Shown one piece after another: positions 39,105-48,290 of a DNA stretch of 64,000 bases. Position numbers and translations under genes: made by a program. The stretch comes from a virus, in the IMG/VR virus record IMGVR_UViG_3300025853_000058, positions 1 to 64,000 of that record; one strand, written 5' to 3'. Under the pieces are notes generated by a model. That model saw only the letters and a program-made list of their open reading frames with translations. It was not told the DNA's origin and made no database searches. How positions within the stretch are numbered: position 1 is the first letter of the stretch; each line of letters opens with the position of its first letter.

Positions 39105-40979
39105 TCAAATTTCACAAAGCCCGCCAGCGCAAGCAAGTTCACCGGATAAATCAGTATTATCTTCCGACTCAATCACTTTAGTCAAATCAATATCTTCCAA
39201 AAGGTTATACATTTCTTCGTATTGTTCTTTAGTAATTGTTTCAAATGGTGCTTGTTTATAAGTTCCACCATCATAAGGAAGAACAGCAAGACCGTTGTAG
39301 TAATGTCGATTAAACCACATCCATTCTGCAACATCATCCCATTCATCATCTTTGATTGAGATAGTAGCAGAAACATTATGAGTGTTCATACCATCAACAT
39401 GACCGTTGCGAACCCAACGAATGCTAAATTGTTTTACTCTTTCAAGTAATTCAAATACACTTTCACTTCGAGTAGTGGCTCCTTCCGGTGCTTTTTGTGG
39501 AATGCTAATCACTGCTTGTTCAGTAGGGTTAAAGTATTCATCTTCTACTAATTCAGGATGATTGTTAAGTAGATAACCATAAATTGCTTCGTTTTTACCT
39601 ACACGAATACGACGAATATAGTTTTCGTCATGCCAAGCATGAATACCACTACTTGTTCCAAGAACAAGAGAAGTCGTTCCTGCCGGTTTAACGCAAGTAA
39701 TTCGGCTTGCTTCATTAATTCCAATTATCTTAGCGATTCTATGATTTTCAAGTTTTGCTTGAAGTGACGCAGATTCAATATCTAACTTTTCAACAACATT
39801 AGAAGCAATACCTGTCATAGATACACCAAGCAAAGAATCTTTTTCAGTAGTCTTTCGCCAAATATCACGAAGGTAGTGGAAGTCTGTATATCCAGCCTGT
39901 AATGTTCCTAAGAAAGCGGCGGCTTTAACACGGTCTTCTAAATCCTTTTGTCCTTCAACAGTAGAAGCATTTACTTCTGTTAGATTACAGAATTGGAAAG
40001 GTCTTAGTGCAATTTCACAACAAGGATTAGTTCCCCAATCTTTATCATTACTAAAATAAATTCCGGGTTCTCCAGAACCACTTAATTGAATCCTTTCCCA
40101 AACTTGCATAAAAAATTCTTTATTAATTCTATGTCGTAGTAATACTGCTGAGTTGTTTGCTCTACCCCGTTGTGGATTATTAACATACCATTCACCTGCT
40201 TTACAAGCAAGCATTTTAGAATCATCAGCACTAAACAGGCTAATCATAGCGGCACGACGAATACCTCCTGCGAGGACAGCATCAGCCAAATGGCACATAA
40301 TATCATGTGCTTGAAGCGAATCAAGTTTAGAACCATTAGGTAGGTTTTGTAAAATACCTTCGACCTTTACTAAACATTCACGCAAAGGTTGAGGGCCGGG
40401 TGCTTTTCCACCAGAAGTCTTTAATAAAGAACCTTTAGGTCTAATATCAGAATAGTCAAACTTAGGACTATCTTTCTTTACACCCATATAACATTCCATA
40501 AGAACCTTTACTGCGTCAGCCCAACCTTCAATTGAATCATTAATTAAATAGCGGCGTTGTCGAGTATTGTTAGGTTGTCTTATTTCGGGTAATTGCTCAA
40601 TATGGTGACGCTGGACAGAATACCCAACCCCCGTTCCACCGAGAAGTAAAAACATAGATTCACTAAAAGCAATATAGGAGTCAATAGGCAAATAAGCGCA
40701 GTTATAAACCCTATTTGGGCTAATCTCCACAGGCTTTCCGCCAAATTGCATAGAACGCATGGACGGTAGAATCTTCCTTGTTCTAACATAATTTTTGTAT
40801 ATCTCATTTATTTCCTCTCCTAGTTCGGGATATGTTTTGATGTGCATATTTTTATTTCGGGTGACTATCTCATCCCATGTTTCTCTTCGTTCACTTTCCG
40901 GTAAAAACCTTGCATATTTCATATGTACGGTAATATCGGAGAGTATCTGTATTGCTTTGTTTTCAGTCATAATTAACAC
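39105..40979 (-). CDS. nrdJ: Class II (adenosylcobalamin-dependent) ribonucleotide reductase
   Basis: YNC, GGTGVGYS, GGIRRAA, NPCCEI, TCVKPAGT and C-terminal CAGGLCEI; no NrdB in window. Confidence 0.9.
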   Translation of the reverse strand: MLIMTENKAIQILSDITVHMKYARFLPESERRETWDEIVTRNKNMHIKTYPELGEEINEIYKNYVRTRKILPSMRSMQFGGKPVEISPNRVYNCAYLPIDSYIAFSESMFLLLGGTGVGYSVQRHHIEQLPEIRQPNNTRQRRYLINDSIEGWADAVKVLMECYMGVKKDSPKFDYSDIRPKGSLLKTSGGKAPGPQPLRECLVKVEGILQNLPNGSKLDSLQAHDIMCHLADAVLAGGIRRAAMISLFSADDSKMLACKAGEWYVNNPQRGRANNSAVLLRHRINKEFFMQVWERIQLSGSGEPGIYFSNDKDWGTNPCCEIALRPFQFCNLTEVNASTVEGQKDLEDRVKAAAFLGTLQAGYTDFHYLRDIWRKTTEKDSLLGVSMTGIASNVVEKLDIESASLQAKLENHRIAKIIGINEASRITCVKPAGTTSLVLGTSSGIHAWHDENYIRRIRVGKNEAIYGYLLNNHPELVEDEYFNPTEQAVISIPQKAPEGATTRSESVFELLERVKQFSIRWVRNGHVDGMNTHNVSATISIKDDEWDDVAEWMWFNRHYYNGLAVLPYDGGTYKQAPFETITKEQYEEMYNLLEDIDLTKVIESEDNTDLSGELACAGGLCEI

Positions 40980-41362
40980 CTATATTTACTTGCTTTTGGT
41001 AATTCTAGAAGAGAAGAAAAAGAATGGAGCCATTCACCATTTTTGTAAATGACCCACTCTTTTTCTTCTATAAACTTCCATTCATCAAAGTCTTCGATTG
41101 CTGAATTACCATGCTTAGAGAAAAGCATTTCAACACTCTCGAAGATATTACCCCGATAATTTATTTTTGATTGGCCCTTAGCGCAAATTTTCCCGTGTTT
41201 GCCTTGCGCTATCATATACATCTCTTCATAAAAATCTGGCTTAAATAAAGCCAATTCTTCATATATGATTGGTTGAAGCATTTTCCAGCCTTTTGTTTCC
41301 AAAAAGAGTTTCAATGCTTCTGCTGATACAAAGTTGCGAATGTCCATAGTTGCCACACCCAA
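40973..41362 (-). CDS. Hypothetical protein
   Basis: ORF coupled to nrdJ. Confidence 0.55.
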   Translation of the reverse strand: MGVATMDIRNFVSAEALKLFLETKGWKMLQPIIYEELALFKPDFYEEMYMIAQGKHGKICAKGQSKINYRGNIFESVEMLFSKHGNSAIEDFDEWKFIEEKEWVIYKNGEWLHSFSSLLELPKASKYRC

Positions 41363-41400
41363 AAAAGGGTAGGGTACAGCCTAACGGCCATACCCCACCC
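41361..41400 (-). terminator. Hairpin plus U-tract downstream of the Ubl gene
   Basis: Minus strand gggtggggtatggcc-gtta-ggctgtaccctaccc followed by T6. Confidence 0.65.
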
Positions 41401-41436
41401 AAATTTTGCAACTTGCAAACGGTTTAAGAACCTTGC

Positions 41437-41637
41437 TTATCCGCCGACGATGGCAGGTACTAAATCAACATTTTGAACAGTTTCCCAATTAATATCAGTG
41501 ATTGATTCCCTTGCTACCATATCACCGTCAATAAAGACCCAATGGGTAGGGTGTGTGTCAATTTGTTCAATAACCGACTCACTAACTAAAGTGAGGTCGG
41601 TGTGGCCTGTTTCGTTCAAAATTCGTAGTTTAATCAT
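41437..41637 (-). CDS. Ubiquitin-like (beta-grasp, SAMP/ThiS-like) protein
   Basis: 66 aa, WVFIDG...VDLVPAIVGG with free C-terminal GG; own TATA element and GGAGG RBS. Confidence 0.8.
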   Translation of the reverse strand: MIKLRILNETGHTDLTLVSESVIEQIDTHPTHWVFIDGDMVARESITDINWETVQNVDLVPAIVGG

Positions 41638-41657
41638 TGTGATTCCTCCGTTGTGTT

Positions 41658-41683
41658 CTCTCCACTGTCTGTACCCTTATAAA
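41658..41683 (-). promoter_or_regulatory. Promoter TTTATA-N5-ACAGACA-N-TGGAGAG upstream of the Ubl gene
   Basis: TATA-like box; same motif and spacing at 48795-48820. Confidence 0.6.
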
Positions 41684-41748
41684 CCGATGCGGTTCGGGCT
41701 GTCTTTTCATTTTTCTTCATTTTCTTGTTATTCATTTTTTTCACTTCC

Positions 41749-42015
41749 TTAAAAGTTATCCTCATATTCTCTATCTTCTTTCTCAAACTTTCGCTGTTCT
41801 TCAAGATAGCCGGTAAGAATCATGTCCATCTTATCCTGCATATCATGTATAATTCCAGCAATAGTTCGTCGTTTTAGGCTAATCCAAATGCGGTGATAAG
41901 TATTGATAATCACCACAGGTAAATCGTCTTCATTTGCTTTGATAATAATAGGGGGTAATTCCCTATCATCAACAAATCTCATCTCAACCTTTGTTTCTCT
42001 TTCTAATGTATTCAT
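41749..42015 (-). CDS. Hypothetical protein
   Basis: Coupled ORF. Confidence 0.55.
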   Translation of the reverse strand: MNTLERETKVEMRFVDDRELPPIIIKANEDDLPVVIINTYHRIWISLKRRTIAGIIHDMQDKMDMILTGYLEEQRKFEKEDREYEDNF

Positions 42016-42398
42016 TCGTATTCCTCCATATCAAAATTTGGTAGCACTAAGGCAACTACCTCTCCGTTTTCGTCGTATTCCTTTTGCATAATCTGGTCAA
42101 ATACCCACTTAGCATCATCACTGATAACTAATCGAGTTTCATCGGACCTTGCTGAGAATAATGCACATTCTACATTCTTAAGGAATCGTTCTTGTAAAAG
42201 CCTTACACAGTTCTCACTGTATATAATAAGACTTTCATCATCTAAATATAACTCACTTTCTTTGACAACTTCAATAACTTGGTCCAAAGTAAGGTAGCCT
42301 TGATTATACAGCAAGTTTAGCAGGTTTCTGTCAATTAGGCCCATCATGTCATATTCCTCATTTGTAATTTTGATGGTCATGCCAACACCTGCAACCAT
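42012..42398 (-). CDS. Hypothetical protein
   Basis: Coupled ORF. Confidence 0.5.
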   Translation of the reverse strand: MVAGVGMTIKITNEEYDMMGLIDRNLLNLLYNQGYLTLDQVIEVVKESELYLDDESLIIYSENCVRLLQERFLKNVECALFSARSDETRLVISDDAKWVFDQIMQKEYDENGEVVALVLPNFDMEEYE

Positions 42399-42676
42399 GC
42401 TACGAGGTAGTCTTTGTTCTTTGCGCCTACAAGTGACTCAAGCCTACCATAATTAGGATATTCTTCTTTATCCAATATAGCAATCATAGTGTCAGCAAGC
42501 AATTTAGCCATAAATGTCGGACTTAATTCAACAAAGACCTTTGAAAGTTCCCTGCTTATTTCCATCTTCATATTCTCATGTGCCAAACATTGAACACATT
42601 GAACACGCATCATCACATCATGTTGATAATCGGCTTTCATAATGTGTCCTACATTATTACATTCTTCACAAATCAT
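42377..42676 (-). CDS. Zinc-ribbon protein
   Basis: CEECNN...CVQC. Confidence 0.5.
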   Translation of the reverse strand: MICEECNNVGHIMKADYQHDVMMRVQCVQCLAHENMKMEISRELSKVFVELSPTFMAKLLADTMIAILDKEEYPNYGRLESLVGAKNKDYLVAWLQVLA

Positions 42677-42839
42677 TCTTCTTCACCTTTCCAATACCAA
42701 GTTTGTTGACCAAGTTCATCAACTGTCATTCCCAATTGTTTAGCAATAACATCCATTGGTACACACATATACCAACCGATTTCACGACTTTGGCCGTTGT
42801 AGCCTTTGTAGTGCTTTCTCATAAATTCAATAATTTCAT

Positions 42840-43058
42840 TCATTCTTCCTCATCTCCAAATAAGTCAGCATAAGAACCGTCTTCTTCGTGCGCTTCACGG
42901 AGTACGCTTTCATAATCGCTCATTCCAACTTCGTATGCGATTCTGTCCATTCTATACAAGGTTAATGAAGCACTGCATTCAATACCACATACATCAATTG
43001 TGCCATATAGTTCATCGAGCATATCATCATAGTATTCTCTCATAATATTCATATTCAT
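42840..43058 (-). CDS. Small acidic protein
   Basis: About 20 D/E in 72 aa. Confidence 0.5.
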   Translation of the reverse strand: MNMNIMREYYDDMLDELYGTIDVCGIECSASLTLYRMDRIAYEVGMSDYESVLREAHEEDGSYADLFGDEEE

Positions 43059-43137
43059 TCTTCTTCACCTGCTCCAAGATGGTCTTTCAATTCTCGCAGT
43101 TCTTGTAAAATCAAGTATAGTATTTGTTCCATTGTGT

Positions 43138-43320
43138 TCATTCTTCTTCCTCCTTTTTTGTTTTTAACCCATAAGTTTTAACTACTGCACAAAACTCTTG
43201 ATGGGCATATAATAAATCCCAATCAATGTCTTCTTGGTAATCAACAAGTGGTGTTTCATAACCACAAATACATTCTGCACTAAGTTTCATTCTTCTTCCT
43301 CCATTTTCACAAAAGCCCAT
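43138..43320 (-). CDS. Hypothetical small protein (probable start MKLSAEC)
   Basis: Flanked by GGAGGAAGAAGAATGA junctions. Confidence 0.45.
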   Translation of the reverse strand: MGFCENGGRRMKLSAECICGYETPLVDYQEDIDWDLLYAHQEFCAVVKTYGLKTKKEEEE

Positions 43321-43423
43321 TCAAGACCTTCATCTGTGTTTAGATTCATTGTAGTATCGTGCATTAGTTCAAAAAACCAACCCATGTCACTTGTTCTTAA
43401 TTCAATTGTAATTTTATATTTAT

Positions 43424-44062
43424 TCATTCTTCTTCCTCCAATTTGGCATTATATGTTTGGTTGAATGCTGCAACCTTTTTTGCCATCATATTATCATAAT
43501 GGTCTTTAGGCCACCATTCAGGTGACTTTGTTTTCCAAGTGGCAAATTCCCACTTTCCTTCGAGATAGTAATGTCGATAAGACCGAATAACAAAATCCCA
43601 AGTATGTTTTTCTTGGGGTAGTCGGTATTTATCAAGCATAGCAATAGTCACAGGGGTTAAGCCTTTGACGGGATATTTGTGTTGTAATACAATATCATCA
43701 TAGATATAACAATCTTTAATCCTTATATGAGAGCCATGTTCTTTACCGTAGCGACGAGTATATTCTTCACAAAGATGTAATCCATGTTCAAATAACCATT
43801 GAAGATTCTCAAAAGATTGCCTCGCCCAAATGGTTGAGGGGTGGTTTAACATGGCTGGCTTCATCAATGGCGAGTCATTATACCAATGAAATGCCTTAAG
43901 TCCGCTAAGGGTCGGCGAAAAACCATATTTTTCAATGTATTCCATGTAAAGAATGTTAGTATGCAACATTTGACAGGTTTCAGTAGGCATTTTGACAATA
44001 TGTTTGTCAAGCATTTCTATTGCTGATTGACTTGGGCTTTCTGATAGTGCAAAGATATTCAT
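43424..44062 (-). CDS. Pyrimidine-dimer DNA glycosylase-like (DenV-family) protein
   Basis: MNIF.L...DKHIVKM..E..QML, NHPSTIWAR, EEYTRRYGKEH and YR.YY motifs. Confidence 0.7.
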   Translation of the reverse strand: MNIFALSESPSQSAIEMLDKHIVKMPTETCQMLHTNILYMEYIEKYGFSPTLSGLKAFHWYNDSPLMKPAMLNHPSTIWARQSFENLQWLFEHGLHLCEEYTRRYGKEHGSHIRIKDCYIYDDIVLQHKYPVKGLTPVTIAMLDKYRLPQEKHTWDFVIRSYRHYYLEGKWEFATWKTKSPEWWPKDHYDNMMAKKVAAFNQTYNAKLEEEE

Positions 44063-44216
44063 TCTTCTTCCTCACAGTGAATATCAAGCAATTTGTTCAT
44101 TATGTCTACAATCATATCGTTTACTTCGTAATCCATACCATTCACTCGTTCTCTTGCTACTTCTTTAATGTAGCAAAGTAGAGAAAATTCGGCATCTGTT
44201 ATTTTTATTAATTCTT

Positions 44217-44408
44217 TCATAATTTTAATCTCCTTATTGATTTTTGGTATGCTTCATAGTGGCGCATACCATTAGCCACATATTGTTTGAACAGTATTAC
44301 TCGCTGTTCTTCGAGGGCTATTAGCCTATTCAAGAACTTTTGCTTGAACAGGCGGTGGGAGCCAATTGGGATTATATCTTTCATATATTTCTTCATAACA
44401 ACCATCAC
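44217..44408 (-). CDS. Hypothetical protein
   Basis: Short ORF overlapping its neighbour. Confidence 0.3.
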   Translation of the reverse strand: MMVVMKKYMKDIIPIGSHRLFKQKFLNRLIALEEQRVILFKQYVANGMRHYEAYQKSIRRLKL

Positions 44409-44565
44409 ATATTTTTATCATTATTTTTTCTTCTATTTCAATTAGTTCAAGAGTCTGGAACTCTATAAACATATATTTTGTTGCCCCAAGTCCACAAGAT
44501 GAACATTTAGGGCGTTTATTTGATTTGCCTTCTATTACGAAGAACTTCTTTATCCAATTTATCAT
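44326..44565 (-). CDS. Zinc-finger small protein
   Basis: CSSCG...ICDGCY. Confidence 0.55.
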   Translation of the reverse strand: MINWIKKFFVIEGKSNKRPKCSSCGLGATKYMFIEFQTLELIEIEEKIMIKICDGCYEEIYERYNPNWLPPPVQAKVLE

Positions 44566-44686
44566 ATTAAAACCTCAAGTATTTTGGGGGAAGGATTGGA
44601 CGAACCACCACCCGTCAAGAACCACATAAAGTGTGGAGTGAAAACTTTTCCTTCATTACCCTATAAAACCCAAATACCTGCCAGAA

Positions 44687-45826
44687 TTAACCGGCTGGAT
44701 TACTCTTGTTAAATATTCGCCTAAGCGTAGCCAAATGTCCTGCACTTAACTCCGTTCCTACGGCTAACATATCTTTAATCGTCGCTAAACTCCGAATTTC
44801 GTGACTTTGCAGTTTATCAATATCATAGTCAGGAAATCCATAATAGTCTTTCATGTCTTCAAATGTTTCATCTACCCTTTCTAAGATAGCCAATGCTTGC
44901 TTTTGTTTTCTTTCTAAGCGAATCAGTCGAAGTTTTTCGTTTTCGGCTTGCTGTATTTTAGCAAGTCGCTCTCTTTCTTCACGACCTGCTTCCCATGCAA
45001 GGTTCTGCAAACGACGCTTTTCACGGTATTCTTCTGCTTTCTTGGCTTCTCTTTCCATTTGAACCCTACGCATATCATCGTGTCTTTTTATCATTTCATT
45101 CTCTTTATCAACAACTGCTTGGTGAACTGCACGAAGAGCATAGAACAAGTTCAAATCTGCCCAAAGTCGGTCATTAGGATAACCATACTTTGTCACTTGA
45201 TTCTTTGGATTATCGACATGATTCCATCGCCAAACAATAGATGCCATTTTATATCCATGGTCACCAAACTTGCCCTTTGCTCTTGTCATTAATCTTGAAT
45301 ACATATAATATCCCGCATTATTCCTTGCCAAATTTTTATCCTTGACATTGATTCGTGCGTCAAGGTCTTGAATTGCTGTGAACATCTCATTAAAATGCTC
45401 ACCGTTTTCTTCCCACCAAGCATCGCTTTTCATTGTTTGAATGCGGTTTTTAAGCCAATCCTCAACCATAGCATCGGTAATATCCTCTTGCTTTAGATTC
45501 GTATTTTTCATAATTTGACGAATGATGAGGTATGAACCGATGTGGTCGGAACCAACTACTTCTTTAACGCCGGTCACAGTATTCTCAACTTGGAAATGAT
45601 ATGCAATATTACGACCACATAGGCAATAGCCCAAATGCCCTGTATCTTGAACCCAATCAGGTTCTTGACCATAATGAGTATGCTTATACACTTTACCGGT
45701 AGTTTCCCACTCATCCTTTGCTTCTTCATAATTGTCTGCGAATGATAGTTCAACCATCTTTCGTTTTAGGATTTTATCCCATCGACCATTACCTAGACTT
45801 CTTTTTGCTTCAATAATTTCTTCCAT
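44687..45826 (-). CDS. Hypothetical protein with a metal-binding motif and coiled coil
   Basis: CLCG...VGSDHI motif; charged C-terminal coil. Confidence 0.6.
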   Translation of the reverse strand: MEEIIEAKRSLGNGRWDKILKRKMVELSFADNYEEAKDEWETTGKVYKHTHYGQEPDWVQDTGHLGYCLCGRNIAYHFQVENTVTGVKEVVGSDHIGSYLIIRQIMKNTNLKQEDITDAMVEDWLKNRIQTMKSDAWWEENGEHFNEMFTAIQDLDARINVKDKNLARNNAGYYMYSRLMTRAKGKFGDHGYKMASIVWRWNHVDNPKNQVTKYGYPNDRLWADLNLFYALRAVHQAVVDKENEMIKRHDDMRRVQMEREAKKAEEYREKRRLQNLAWEAGREERERLAKIQQAENEKLRLIRLERKQKQALAILERVDETFEDMKDYYGFPDYDIDKLQSHEIRSLATIKDMLAVGTELSAGHLATLRRIFNKSNPAG

Positions 45827-45835
45827 TTTAATTCC

Positions 45836-47284
45836 TCAATTCTTTGGTCTTGGACCAACATAGTATAGATTCTTTTTAGCCCTTGTAATTGCAACATAAC
45901 AAATATTGCGTTCTTCTTGCATATTGGTTGCCTTCGGGTGTGGCATCCTTTCAGTAGCAAGGATATAAACATTGTCTGCTTCTAATCCTTTTGCTTTATG
46001 AACAGTAGAGAGCATAATATCTCCCTTTTGATTACCGTTGAATACTCGCTTAATTTCAGCGATGATTCCACGAACGGTATCGGCACGACTAGCAAAAATC
46101 ATAATACATTTCTGTTTGTCTTCCAAGTTGTTTGCTTGGTTTTGCTTCTTTGCCTTGAGAAGTCGTTGCTTTTGCGTATTAAAATGCGTTTCAGCAAGTT
46201 CAACAAATTCATTTGTAGGCATTCCTTCCTTTTTTGTGATGTTATGTATTGCTGTAATCAATCCTTTGTGCATATCTCTTCCGAGAACATACGCTGATTT
46301 GCCTTGAGTTAGCATCTCATAGAAAGCACTCACCAATGGAGCATTGTATCTACAAAGAACAATGTCATTCTTCTTTGGATTAAAGTGCGAATTAACATGA
46401 ACCGCACCATCTTCGGCAGTATCAAGGCAATTAAATTCCTTGACATATCGGTTTGCTTCAGCAACAACAGACTTTGGGCATCTCCATGTAAGAGTCATTG
46501 GGAAATACTTCACTGTTTTACCCATCTCCTCCAATCGCTTGGAAAAAATAGTCATTGAATTAGAATCTGCTCCACGGAATCCGTAAATCGCTTGATTTTT
46601 ATCACCCACAATGATACATCTTCCACTTTTAGTGCATCGAACAATGAGTTCTCTTTGCATTTCATTGAAGTCTTGTGCTTCATCAACGAATAGCACATCA
46701 AATTGAGGCCAAGCCCAATCAAGGACAAGAGGCATCCAAATCATATCATCAAAATCAATTTGACGAGTATCACTCTTACACTCATCAAGAATGTTGCAAA
46801 TGTTCTCAACTGACAAATCTTCATCAAGTGTTGTTTGGAACTTAATATCATAATAATCAATAATATTGCGGATAGCATCTTCATTAGTACAGTCAATCAT
46901 AGAACCTTTCACAAGGCTGACTAACTTAACAAGTTGGCTAACACTTTTGAAATCTCTTCCTAGTGCTGGCATTTCGTCGATAATGTTCTTTACCTTCCAC
47001 TTATTAACTTTAGGCTTAATTCCTTGCTTAAAGAAAGCACCAAAACCTAGTGCATGGAAAGTTTTTGCTTCTACTCCTTCGGGTAGTCGCTCTTGTAGTT
47101 CTGTTTGAATAGACTTGTTAAAACAAAGAAATCCTCGCTTTAGGTAAGTTGGTAGTCTTCCTGATGCTTCTACAATAGTAAATGTTTTACCGGTTCCTGC
47201 ACCAGCACCTACTACAATATCATCATTTGTGTTTTCAATGGCATTCCAAATCGCTTCTTGTTCTGTGGTTCCTGTTATATTCAT
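45836..47284 (-). CDS. UvrD/Rep superfamily 1 helicase
   Basis: GAGTGKT, DEAQD, GDKNQAIYGFRGA, STVHKAKGLE and YVAITRAK motifs. Confidence 0.93.
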   Translation of the reverse strand: MNITGTTEQEAIWNAIENTNDDIVVGAGAGTGKTFTIVEASGRLPTYLKRGFLCFNKSIQTELQERLPEGVEAKTFHALGFGAFFKQGIKPKVNKWKVKNIIDEMPALGRDFKSVSQLVKLVSLVKGSMIDCTNEDAIRNIIDYYDIKFQTTLDEDLSVENICNILDECKSDTRQIDFDDMIWMPLVLDWAWPQFDVLFVDEAQDFNEMQRELIVRCTKSGRCIIVGDKNQAIYGFRGADSNSMTIFSKRLEEMGKTVKYFPMTLTWRCPKSVVAEANRYVKEFNCLDTAEDGAVHVNSHFNPKKNDIVLCRYNAPLVSAFYEMLTQGKSAYVLGRDMHKGLITAIHNITKKEGMPTNEFVELAETHFNTQKQRLLKAKKQNQANNLEDKQKCIMIFASRADTVRGIIAEIKRVFNGNQKGDIMLSTVHKAKGLEADNVYILATERMPHPKATNMQEERNICYVAITRAKKNLYYVGPRPKN

Positions 47285-47286
47285 TT

Positions 47287-47643
47287 TTATTCCTCCTCGT
47301 TTGTGAATGGTGGGAATTGGTATAATTGACCAATCATTTCTCCCATCTCATCATATTGTGGTACTGCGTAATTAAACCCAATGTACCTAATTGCTTCTTC
47401 TGTAATTCCATAGTCGGTTCCTGCTGGACCGCCAATGTTGATTGTGTATAGTTCAAAGCCCAAATGCTTACATTTAATCTTCAAAGCAATCATTCCTGCT
47501 CTAACTGCATTCTTTACAGGCAAAGGGTCTATTTCACAATGACCGTTTGCAATCAACGCATCTGCTAACATTTGCTTAGATACAGATTGCTTGTTCATTA
47601 ATTCATTTATTAGTATTCGTTGTTCAATTTGTGGTATGTTCAT
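47287..47643 (-). CDS. Hypothetical protein
   Basis: ORF with GAGG RBS. Confidence 0.55.
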   Translation of the reverse strand: MNIPQIEQRILINELMNKQSVSKQMLADALIANGHCEIDPLPVKNAVRAGMIALKIKCKHLGFELYTINIGGPAGTDYGITEEAIRYIGFNYAVPQYDEMGEMIGQLYQFPPFTNEEE

Positions 47644-47713
47644 ATTTATTCCTCTTGTTTAACAGTTTGTTTCTTTATAGTCTTGGGAACTGTTAGTCCC
47701 AATGTGATGAGGA

Positions 47714-47795
47714 GGGCGTAGGAGATACGAATTAAATTGATTAACAATAACTGCTTCAATAGTCGCCCCGTTTCGTGTAGTTCTCAACTACGCCC
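47714..47795 (-). ncRNA. Candidate structured small RNA directly downstream of the tRNAs
   Basis: Terminal GGGCGTAG/CTACGCCC stem plus GAGA/TCTC and ACGAA/TTCGT inner stems. Confidence 0.4.
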
Positions 47796-47800
47796 ATGAA

Positions 47801-47878
47801 TGGTGGAACTTATCGGATTTGAACCGATGGTCGCTTGGTTATGAGCCAAGTGCATTAACCAAACTATGCTAAAGTTCC
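47801..47878 (-). tRNA. tRNA with CAT anticodon (Ile2 more likely than Met), CCA encoded
   Basis: GGAACTT/AAGTTCC acceptor stem, CTTGG-CTCATAA-CCAAG anticodon arm, GGTTCAAATCC T-arm. Confidence 0.9.
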
Positions 47879-47885
47879 ATAAAGG

Positions 47886-47969
47886 TGTCGGGTGCAGGAT
47901 TTGAACCTGCGAACACAATTGTGACAGGAGTTTAAGCCCTGCGCCTTTGACCAACTCAGCCAACCCGAC
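47886..47969 (-). tRNA. tRNA-Leu(TAA)
   Basis: GTCGGGT/ACCCGAC acceptor stem, CAGGG-CTTAAAC-TCCTG anticodon arm, long variable arm, GGTTCAAATCC T-arm. Confidence 0.9.
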
Positions 47970-48201
47970 TTTTTGTTTAATTACTGTTTTATTGCTCAAA
48001 ATGGTTCGATTGATGCAACAATGCCAAACAGCACTTATAGGGGTCCAATGGGTACTTAAAGGTGTGGCCCCTTCTGGAGTGGTGACTTTTGAGCGTTCAA
48101 TAGAATGAACAATGCTACGACTAGGAACTTCACAGGCGGAAAGAAAACCTTACCGGAGATGGATGCTGGTTTTTTTACTGGTCGCAAACTTTCCATTTGT
48201 G

Positions 48202-48241
48202 AAAAAAAAGAAACAAAGGGGGGCGAACCCCCCAATGTTTC
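48202..48241 (-). terminator. Hairpin plus U-tract terminator
   Basis: Minus strand gaaacattgggggg-ttcg-cccccctttgtttc followed by T8. Confidence 0.7.
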
Positions 48242-48290
48242 GGCTCTCTTAATCCTCAGATTAAGTGTTTAACTTCTAAGTGAATTAAAT

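Noticed and set aside
42840-43058. Ocr-like DNA mimic
   Set aside because: Only acidity supports it, and many proteins here are acidic or gain EEE tails from the junction motif.
47784-47999. 71-aa ORF in the track
   Set aside because: Overlaps two well-formed tRNA genes.
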